Shown here in pieces: positions 29,741-38,200 of a DNA stretch of 64,000 nt. The position numbers and the translations under genes were made by a program. Source of the DNA: a virus. The stretch is from the IMG/VR virus record IMGVR_UViG_3300044846_000719, positions 1 to 64,000 of that record. One strand, written 5' to 3'. Below the pieces are notes generated by a model, which had not been told where the DNA came from, ran no database searches, and saw nothing but the letters and a program-made list of their open reading frames with translations. Each line of letters begins with the position of its first letter. The first letter of the stretch is position 1.

Positions 29741-30430
29741 TTAATTTTTAAACACACTTGCTTTAATGAGATTTTGAATCACATTAGTACAAGCAGTTTC
29801 AAGAGACTTACGGGTAGCTTTTCCAACAGTACTCTGGGAAAATTTCATGTCATCTAAAGATTTTAAGAAGGATTCACCGGTCTTGGTTGACTCACCCTCA
29901 CCAGAACCAATATAAATTTGGCCTGTTTTAGCGTCAACAAACCTAACTTGTAGACGTATGAAAGTAGTGACAACAACTTTTGCTTTAGCACCAGCAACTT
30001 GCTCGTCTTCATCAACAGCAAAATCAGCCACAGTAACATAAACAAAGTAGTGAGCAGGTTTAATCTTACCTTTTCCATCAATGGGTTCATCAAATACACC
30101 TTTTTTAGAGGCTTTAAATTGAGTAACCATTCTCTCTTTAATCTCTGATTTTTCCTCCGTGAATATAAATCTATTAGTTTCATCTAAATAATCCAGTACT
30201 GATTCAGCAAATCCAAGACCTACGTTCTTCTCCTGTAAAGCAGGATACAAACTTAAGACTTTTGTCATGTCTACACTAACTACTTGCACTGTCTTTTTAA
30301 TAGAATCAGTGTAGCCGGAAACTGTGGAGATATCTTTTACCTCTACCGGTTCAGCATCTGTAGTAGTTTTCATACTACCACATGCAAATAATATTGTTGT
30401 CAATAAGAGACTACCAAGGATCTTCTTCAT
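29741..30430 (-). CDS. CsgG/HfaB-family outer-membrane lipoprotein
   Basis: Lipobox LFA-C; GLG...L.ETNRF.FTE, GKIKPAHYFV..TVADF and VRFVDAKTGQI match the CsgG-family pattern. Confidence 0.8.
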   Translation of the reverse strand: MKKILGSLLLTTILFACGSMKTTTDAEPVEVKDISTVSGYTDSIKKTVQVVSVDMTKVLSLYPALQEKNVGLGFAESVLDYLDETNRFIFTEEKSEIKERMVTQFKASKKGVFDEPIDGKGKIKPAHYFVYVTVADFAVDEDEQVAGAKAKVVVTTFIRLQVRFVDAKTGQIYIGSGEGESTKTGESFLKSLDDMKFSQSTVGKATRKSLETACTNVIQNLIKASVFKN

Positions 30431-30725
30431 CTACTTTAGGTTTAGTTGCTGGAGCAGGAGCAGGTGCGGGAGCAGCCTTTTCTTTGATGATAATGGTTTT
30501 ACCCCCACCACCAGTGTTTGCTTGTTGCTTTTGTTCGTTGTTCGTAGTAATGTTAATCACAGGTGCAGGGGCTGCTACAGCAGTTGGAGTTTCTGGCTTT
30601 TCATCTTCACCACCACCTAAGTGAGTAGCAAACCAAGCACCACCGGCTGTAACAGCAGTGGTGATTGCTCCAATAATGGTTTTTTTGATAGCGGACATAC
30701 CGCTCTCTTCTTTTTCTTCTGACAT
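30411..30725 (-). CDS. Single-TM protein with Pro/Ala-rich extended tail
   Basis: IIGAITTAVTAGGAWFA helix and APAPAPA repeats; overlaps the CsgG-like start. Confidence 0.7.
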   Translation of the reverse strand: MSEEKEESGMSAIKKTIIGAITTAVTAGGAWFATHLGGGEDEKPETPTAVAAPAPVINITTNNEQKQQANTGGGGKTIIIKEKAAPAPAPAPATKPKVDEEDPW

Positions 30726-30736
30726 GATATTATATA

Positions 30737-31078
30737 TTAGTTTTCTTCTTGTTTACTATATTTAGCAGCTATAATTTCTGGAGTATCGTCTTCCTCATCG
30801 GTTTTTTTAATTAGCATCTTGTCACGGTCTTCAGAGTTAAACCAATAATCAATAACTTTATTTAAGTTACCAACGAAGGCACCCAATAGAATAAGTAACA
30901 TTTCTTTCCAGTCATCCTCTATTTTTACTCCAACAAATACTGCTGAATTGATTCCTACTATGATTAAAGTAAATAACCCTAAAATTACTAACGTGATTCT
31001 CCACCTATTACTCTGCATTTCCTGCAGCATGTTATAGAATCTATTAGTATCAGGTTTTGTTGTTTCTATATTGCTCAT
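30737..31078 (-). CDS. Two-TM membrane protein (holin-like)
   Basis: Two hydrophobic helices, LLGAFVG...IDYWFNS, charged C-terminal tail. Confidence 0.6.
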   Translation of the reverse strand: MSNIETTKPDTNRFYNMLQEMQSNRWRITLVILGLFTLIIVGINSAVFVGVKIEDDWKEMLLILLGAFVGNLNKVIDYWFNSEDRDKMLIKKTDEEDDTPEIIAAKYSKQEEN

Positions 31079-32970
31079 TTGTTTACAATTATTTTAGAGT
31101 GTAATGATTCTGTTTCAGTAGTTACAGAAAGAATATAAATACCATCTGATAGACAATCTAGGTTTGCACTATACTTGTACTTGCCAGCTGGCATACGTTC
31201 TTTTAAAATAGTCTGTACACGTCTTCCTACTTCATCAGAGATAGACATATCTACATCAGATGCTTCTTTAATCTTAAACTGTATTTGTATATCTCCTTCT
31301 GTAGGATTAGGGAATACTATAATGGAGTTTAAGTCATTAAGAGAGATAGTTCCTTTGTTAATTCTACGTACCTCTACAATACCCATAGCCGGAATAATGT
31401 TCATATCTTTAGAGTTAGCGTCTCCTACATACTTAGCACCTGTCCAGAGAGCTGCAGTAGCCCAACTATCTTGTGGTTTTTTAGCAATAAACTGAAGTGT
31501 AAAAGCTTGCTCTCCATCATTAAGCATATTCTCATTAGTTAAATCAGCACCTCCCCAAGATACTAAACCATTAGAAGGATTAAAGAATGAAGTCCAGTTC
31601 ATTACTTTATCAGTGTTTTGTACTGCTTTAAATTCTAAGTAAGCAGTATCATACTTAAGATCTAATTGTAATGCACCTAACTTTTTACCATTAGTTAAAA
31701 CTTTAACCGGTACATTAACTAGGTTACCTTCTTCTACAGTTACTTTAGGCATATTTACCTCAATAGTTTCTGCAGGGAAATCATAACTTACAGTCTCATC
31801 AATGATGTAACGTTTAGCGTTAGCTGGATTAGTAATTTTAATAGGAGTTAAACGGGCCATTTTAAAGCCTGTAGAGTTTGCATCTCCTTTAACAGCCACG
31901 TAGTAAGTGATAGAATCATTACCATCTACACTGTAAGTAAAGTTATTTATAGTAGAGTAAGTAGAAGTCAAGTTAGAAGTAGCTCCATTAATTGCATTGT
32001 ACTCAGCAACTGTAAAGAACATTACATCTTTCTTAGAGTTAGGCCAAGCAGAGAATCTACCGGCTAATCTACCATATACAGAATATACATCAGCAATAGA
32101 AATATCACCGGCAGTTCCGTTTACATCCATTGTGTAGTAATCAAATCCGGTAGGAGTATATTGACCTAAGATAGATTGGTTAATCTTTTGTGCATCTGCA
32201 GTAGAGAATACATTACCTGGGATCATTGTGTCTCCCTTAACTACAATACGTACATCCCAATAAGTGGTATCTAAGAATTTCTTAAATACAGTAACACCCA
32301 ATGAGTTAGTCTTTTGTGAAGCAATCTGAGACCAAGTAGAAGAACCTTTAGCTCTTTTCTCTAAACTAACTGTTAAATTCTTAGCATCTGTACCGGTAAT
32401 GTTTTTAAACTTAGTAGCAAAGCGCAATACTTTCTGATTGAAGCGTCCACCATAAGAGTAAACTACCAAGGTAGTATCATTACCCCAGTTAGTGGCAGCT
32501 CTGTTAGAAAATGATTTAACACCAGCAACTTTCAAAGTCTTAATAGAATCTAAGTTGTTCCAAACTGTTTCACCTGCGTGAGTAAAAGTTAAATCAAATG
32601 TAGCTCCATTAGAATAGTTAAAAGTAGAACTAGATCCTGTGTAAGCCAAAGTAACTGTCAAGAATCCTTGTAGGTTACTATCTACATACTGAAGGTATTG
32701 ATCAGAAGCAGAAATCTTAAGAGAAGGTACAACTCCTGTAAAAGCAGTCTTATCATAGAATACACGGAATTGTATACCGGTAATCTTTTCTGATGTAGAT
32801 GTATTGTAAAAATGTAAAGGTGCAACAGTTTGTCCTACAGTAGTAGTAGCAACCTGATATCCTGAATCAATAACCACCCAATGACCTGTACCGGGTGATG
32901 TAGCAGAACTTTGTGCAAAGCTTAAAGAAGCTATTAAAGTTCCGAATAGTGTCGTAATCAATTTTTTCAT
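31075..32970 (-). CDS. T9SS type A cargo protein: cohesin / Ig-like / dockerin-like / cohesin / CTD
   Basis: Signal peptide SFA|Q; cohesin-like GIQFRVFYD and NVPV...GALQLDLKYD; DVNG..GDISIAD; CTD VFPNP...GR.V...LSDGIYIL...KIIVNK. Confidence 0.9.
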   Translation of the reverse strand: MKKLITTLFGTLIASLSFAQSSATSPGTGHWVVIDSGYQVATTTVGQTVAPLHFYNTSTSEKITGIQFRVFYDKTAFTGVVPSLKISASDQYLQYVDSNLQGFLTVTLAYTGSSSTFNYSNGATFDLTFTHAGETVWNNLDSIKTLKVAGVKSFSNRAATNWGNDTTLVVYSYGGRFNQKVLRFATKFKNITGTDAKNLTVSLEKRAKGSSTWSQIASQKTNSLGVTVFKKFLDTTYWDVRIVVKGDTMIPGNVFSTADAQKINQSILGQYTPTGFDYYTMDVNGTAGDISIADVYSVYGRLAGRFSAWPNSKKDVMFFTVAEYNAINGATSNLTSTYSTINNFTYSVDGNDSITYYVAVKGDANSTGFKMARLTPIKITNPANAKRYIIDETVSYDFPAETIEVNMPKVTVEEGNLVNVPVKVLTNGKKLGALQLDLKYDTAYLEFKAVQNTDKVMNWTSFFNPSNGLVSWGGADLTNENMLNDGEQAFTLQFIAKKPQDSWATAALWTGAKYVGDANSKDMNIIPAMGIVEVRRINKGTISLNDLNSIIVFPNPTEGDIQIQFKIKEASDVDMSISDEVGRRVQTILKERMPAGKYKYSANLDCLSDGIYILSVTTETESLHSKIIVNK

Positions 32971-33419
32971 TTGTTTATATTATTTAAAGCGTGTTCTATC
33001 AACCAAGGTTCTGGGTTTGTTAATTTTTCTATGAAGTTTAACTCATACATATAACAAAATGTCTCTTCTTTTGCGGGAATAAGTTCTATCCCTTTTTTAG
33101 CTATGTACAAGTGAAGACTTTCATGTACTAGCACTACAGCAATATTATTTATAGAGTTTAATTTAATATCATCTACTGCTATGTAGATATGACCTAAACC
33201 ATCCTCTATTTGACATGAAGAGTAAGGACTAATCATAAAAGATATTTGATAACAATTTGTATCAAGCATCTTATACTTATCTATGTCTACTCTTTTTATT
33301 AGTTGAATTGCTGAATCAACTTTTAAATCCCAACCATCCCCGGCTTTGTCAATTTTTATTTGACTAAAACAAGGGACGGCTAAGATTATTAAGAGGCTAA
33401 ATAATAACCTCTTTAACAT
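32967..33419 (-). CDS. Exported HEXXH zinc metallopeptidase-like protein
   Basis: Start reassigned to MLKRLLFSLL (signal peptide CFS|Q); VLVHESLH with downstream EE..CY. Confidence 0.75.
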   Translation of the reverse strand: MLKRLLFSLLIILAVPCFSQIKIDKAGDGWDLKVDSAIQLIKRVDIDKYKMLDTNCYQISFMISPYSSCQIEDGLGHIYIAVDDIKLNSINNIAVVLVHESLHLYIAKKGIELIPAKEETFCYMYELNFIEKLTNPEPWLIEHALNNINK

Positions 33420-33420
33420 A

Positions 33421-34008
33421 TTACTTAATGTCTTTAGACTCAATAAGAGTGTATGTAAAAGAATTACCACCCAATGCAGCAGCCTTCTTACAGATAGCCA
33501 AGAATGCATCAAAGTCAGCAGACTTCTTAAACACTTGACAACCTTCTGACCAGTTCTCAACATAAGTAGAGTCTGCACCAGCTTTATGAATGTTAATACC
33601 GAAGATCCCTTCTTGTATCTTGGACTCATCATAGTTCATGTCTTTATTAGCATCACGGTAAACTTTAACGTTAGCCTTTTGTTTAAGGGCCTCGTATTTG
33701 CCTTGGTGTAATGCAATGTGATGTGAACCTGAGTATTGACCAGGTACTAAACGTGCAACACCTGCAGCGTTATGGAATTCTTTAACTCCTTTAGTTCCTG
33801 GATCTGTAGTAGCAGGCCAGATTTTAAATTTCCACTCTCCACCTTCTTTGTAAGAAAGAGTCAAGTTGTCATCAAATACGTTAGTTACTTTAGTACCAGT
33901 GGCAGAGTTTCTAACACCAATAATGTTGATGTTAAAGTCTCCGTTTTCAAAGTACTTGTAACCTTTGGCTTTCATAGCCGCTTCAATTTGTTCTCTAGTA
34001 TAGCTCAT
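33421..34008 (-). CDS. Endolysin, probably YkuD/L,D-peptidase-like
   Basis: GINIH-x10-WSEGCQV His/Cys motif; downstream of a holin-like gene. Confidence 0.7.
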   Translation of the reverse strand: MSYTREQIEAAMKAKGYKYFENGDFNINIIGVRNSATGTKVTNVFDDNLTLSYKEGGEWKFKIWPATTDPGTKGVKEFHNAAGVARLVPGQYSGSHHIALHQGKYEALKQKANVKVYRDANKDMNYDESKIQEGIFGINIHKAGADSTYVENWSEGCQVFKKSADFDAFLAICKKAAALGGNSFTYTLIESKDIK

Positions 34009-34014
34009 ATTAGT

Positions 34015-34737
34015 TTATAGTTTATAGTTTATAGTAAACAGTAAATAATTCCAGTTAGTCTTGCTTTTAACTTTTCCTTGGCAGTAAGATCTTAACTTGT
34101 TGTAACTTATTTCAGTAATCTCTGAAGCAATTCTGAGATTCTCATAAGTCTCTCCTGTTTCAGTATTGATTACTTGTTTAGACTTAGGATTATCTGCACC
34201 AAGTCTTACTGAATGTTTTCTATTCTTAAAAGCTTCAGAATTCTTTAAAGACTCTTTTATCTTAAGTTTAGTTTCTTCTGTAAGGGTGCTACCTAATCTA
34301 CTCTGTCTAAGTTTTTCTTTTGTTTCCTCAGAATGATTCTTTCCATAAAAGTGGTTCTTTTCGCCCACTCTTAATTTAGCTACTTCAGATAGATTCTTAC
34401 ACATAGATTCTGGTAAAGATTTTCCTGTCCAGTATCCAACTTCATGTCTCCAACCTAAAGTACCTTGACCTCCATCAGTCCAATTAACTAGACTACCTCC
34501 ACAAGTATCTACTCTGCCATACACACTTATCAGTTCTATTTCTTTTACACAAGCCTCCTCAAAAGATAAATCATCTAACATAATCTCTACTCTATACTCT
34601 GAGTTCTTTACAACATTATGCCAGTGTTGATTTCTACTTTTAGTTTGGTGTGCTCTAGAATAATTAGAATCTGTACCTAATCCAATATAGAAAGGTACAT
34701 TCTTATCTAACCTGATATGTCTGTAGACATAAGCCAT
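34015..34737 (-). mobile_element. Free-standing GIY-YIG/NUMOD3 homing endonuclease
   Basis: YVYRH...FYIGLG, EIELI, LVNWTDGGQG and NHFYGKNHSEE motifs; paralogous to 29029..29670. Confidence 0.9.
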
Positions 34738-34739
34738 GT

Positions 34740-34988
34740 TTATTCAGCAGAGTCCCCTTCTTTCTTTTTCATTACCTTTTCGATGCTCGTGAGCCCAAGA
34801 GTGCCAAAAGCTAACAATGCAACTGCATCCACTAAAGGAACAGATGGAGCAAAGTGTGCTTCAGTAAATGAGTTAGCGTACAATGTAGCGCATAGTGTAA
34901 TTGTGCAGACCAAGCCACACAGACGTTTCATGGAAACAGAGCCTTTTTCATCCTTGAACAGGCCGCCAATAAAGTTTAATAGTTTCAT
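34740..34988 (-). CDS. Putative holin (2 TM)
   Basis: 82 aa, S-x-K-R before TM1, second TM, charged tail; upstream of the endolysin. Confidence 0.6.
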   Translation of the reverse strand: MKLLNFIGGLFKDEKGSVSMKRLCGLVCTITLCATLYANSFTEAHFAPSVPLVDAVALLAFGTLGLTSIEKVMKKKEGDSAE

Positions 34989-35076
34989 ACGGTATAATTT
35001 TTTTACCGCAGTTAATTCAGGATGCAGCCCTAGATGGTTTTTAGGGTACTACATATATAATATAATGAAAATTAAT

Positions 35077-35084
35077 TAACTTTG
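35077..35084 (+). promoter_or_regulatory. TAnnTTTG -7 element
   Basis: TAACTTTG 12 nt before ATG 35097. Confidence 0.6.
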
Positions 35085-35096
35085 AACAACACACAT

Positions 35097-35252
35097 ATGA
35101 TAGGTATAACTTTTCTCCCAAAACAAGATGTACTCTTAGGAGTAAATGTAGATGTCCTCAATTATGAGGATAACGGTAAAATAATTGAAGCAACAAGAAT
35201 ATCCTTTGGGATAATTTTTATTACTCTCTCTATTTTATTAAAAAACAAGTAA
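35097..35252 (+). CDS. Small stand-alone protein (51 aa), not in ORF track
   Basis: MIGITFLPKQDVLLGVNVDV...ISFGIIFITLSILLKNK; own promoter and downstream hairpin. Confidence 0.65.
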   Translation: MIGITFLPKQDVLLGVNVDVLNYEDNGKIIEATRISFGIIFITLSILLKNK

Positions 35253-35259
35253 AATGTAG

Positions 35260-35274
35260 GGGGAGAAATCCCCC
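35260..35274. terminator. Hairpin between convergent genes
   Basis: GGGGA-GAAA-TCCCC. Confidence 0.65.
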
Positions 35275-35275
35275 A

Positions 35276-38200
35276 TTATTTTACATAGAAATCTGTTACA
35301 TTATCATAAGACTGCCACCTGTTTATTGTATACAGTACCGGCAATGCATCTGACCATTGTTTATTAAGTTTTAACTCACCTTTTCTAGAACCTTGTTTAT
35401 AATACAAACTTTCTTCATCAAATGCATAGTTGTAAGGAAAAGCAAATGTATCACTAACAGCCTCTCCTAACTCACCAAGTAACTTAGATGAAGCAATAGG
35501 ACTCTTCATTAACATGTAAGCATTAGCAGGACTAATGAAACTTGTTAATTCTGATGTTTGTCTATCTGCTTGATAAGCCAATCCATTTAGTAATCTTTTA
35601 AGTTGTTTGTCATCATCATCTAAATCCATACCCGCAATTAATGAAGATATAATATGAGCAATAGCAAATGAAGATAATATAAATGTAAGTTCTATAGCTA
35701 CTCGGTTTAAGTTTTTAATTTGATCCTCTCTTAAACTTTCTTTAGCATCTCTTATCTTAGTAAAGATATCTCCTCTGGCAGATTTAATATGAGAGATAAA
35801 GCTTGCAAATGTCCGGTATCTACCCTCAATCCAACCAAGGTTTTCATCATAGTACTCTCTTTTAAATCTTGCTTTAAATGCTGGATATACCCACTTGTGA
35901 AACTGGAATACTAATTTACCAATACTATAATCTTGTAAAGCTGCTCTATCTTCAGGAGAATAGTTACCGTGTATTTGTTTGTTTACTTCACGGATATTAT
36001 TCCTAATATCATAACGTTCATTATCTGATAAATCAAATCCTGTTTTTAAAGATAACTCCCCGGTGTTAGGATCAAAGTCATAAGCATCATAAAGAGAGAG
36101 TGTCTCACCTTTATCATTTTCAATCTGCTTAGACATTAAGATTGCCATACCTACTTTACTCTGTACATTTGTTTCCGCAGCATCTTGTAAAACATAACCC
36201 CACTCCATTAAACCACCCTTCTCTTTTACCTCACGTTGAGCTACACTATCTACCATTCTATACTGATATAGTAAGGCCTCATACTTTGATTGTGGTTTTT
36301 TCTCACCATAGTATCCTTCACTAGTAGCTAATCCTTTAAATACACCAGGTAAATATTCACTGTTGTAAATACCTGTTGCTCTAAGCATAGCTTTTCTATC
36401 ATAGAATAACTGACCACCAGTCTCAATGCCGTTGTTGATTCTACCCATAGCATAGTTATTGATATTACCAAAGATGTTAAATCCTACATATGATAAAGAT
36501 GTGGCATTAAGTACTTTACTTATAACGTTATCTAATGTGCTTTTATCAAACTCGGACTCTTCATAGTAAACCATCTTTAACCATTTCTTCAAACGGGTAG
36601 CTGTTCTACTCTCTGAGCCAGGAATTGTTTTAGCTTTAGTTCCGCCAGTTGCTGTACGTACAAGTACATTTTGAGATTGTACATACTCTCTATTTTCAAC
36701 AACTCTTTTTAGTGCATAGATAGTATCTTCTGCATTAGTTAAGTGCTGATAGTTAGAAGCCATTGCTCTAAACTTAATTAAGCTATCTACTAGATCAGTA
36801 TTAAGTTCATCCTTAGTAAGCATAGATTCATTTCTCTTAAGTTGTTTTTCTAACTCCTTTAGCTGCTCTCTATACTTAACTGTAGATACTTTACCATCTC
36901 TAAAACTAGTTTGTAACTCTTCTATTTCAGATTTAATCTTATCAATACTAAACTGGCTTTTTAATTTGCCGGTAAAGAAGATTGGTGGTGTTTCAATAAT
37001 ATTACCCTCTTCATCTGTAAGAACTATCTTTTGATAACCCTCATCTGTAAAACTTTTAAACCAACTAGATACTGACTTACTTAGTAAGCTAGTCACACTA
37101 GATGGATTATCTTTTAACTTGTTTAAGAAGTTTTGTTTTTGTCTAGGTAACTTACCTGTCATATCTCTTTTAACAGAGGGAGGTAACATCTTAAGTGCAC
37201 CATTTTCAAACTCCTGGATCCAGAAATCATAGAACTCTTTCTGAGCTCTCTCTAATTCTGTAGTAGGATTCATGATCTTGACATACTTTTCATCAAGCAT
37301 ACTCATACCATTATCAGCTACATCTTTTACCTCTTTAAACTCAGGCTTTACAAACCAAGACTTTCTAACAGCTGTAGCACCTAAATAACTACCGTCTTTC
37401 TCTCTTTGTGCAGTTACGTATTCAGAGTAGTTATAGTATTTATTTCTATAAATAGCATACTCAGCATCTGATATGCCACGTTTCTTTTTCCATCCATAGT
37501 TACGATATTCTTCATACTTATCCCTGATCTTCTTAAAGTCATCAGTGTATTTATGAAACTCACCATCAGTTACTTCACCACCAATTACTCTTTCAGCTTT
37601 AGTAAAATCACTATAAGCTTGTCTATTAGCAAATAATTCTTGATTGAATTTAATATCCTCTACTTTAGCATCATCAAGATTAGGAATGTTGATGTACTCT
37701 AACCAGTTATTATTATTATCTACAAGCTTGTTTCTTAAATCATAAAACATCTTATAGTATTGGTAACCAATCTTTTGTACATACCTACCAGTAAAGTTGC
37801 CATCTTTATCATAAACTAACATATAATCATATGATGGCTTACCTCCTGATAAAGATGCTAATCTATTACCTATAGTAATTGCTTTTTCACTAAACTGTTG
37901 AACATCATCTGCAATCTTTTGCTTCTCCCTCTTAAATACTTTATCAACCAAGGCTAAGATTGTATCTGTACTAGTAGCCAAATCACCAAGTTGTGCATCT
38001 GCTACAGAGATATCATTAGTCTCTTTAATAATTGTCTTTAAATCATCTTCAGTAAAGTTTCTATTAGAGTTAGTTCTAATGAAGTTAATTGTAAAGTTCT
38101 CTATAGCCTGATCAATAGTAGAATCAGCAATATTTAATAGATCTGTTACTGCAATTGCAATATCTCTCTGACCTGGATTAATAACATTACTCAAACTAAG

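Noticed and set aside
26149-33419. Cassette as tail fibre or receptor-binding genes
   Set aside because: Signal peptides, a lipobox and a T9SS CTD direct these products out of the cytoplasm, where virions assemble.
33420-33632. N-terminal 71 aa of the 221-aa track ORF
   Set aside because: It overlaps the endolysin out of frame; the signal peptide begins at Met 33419.
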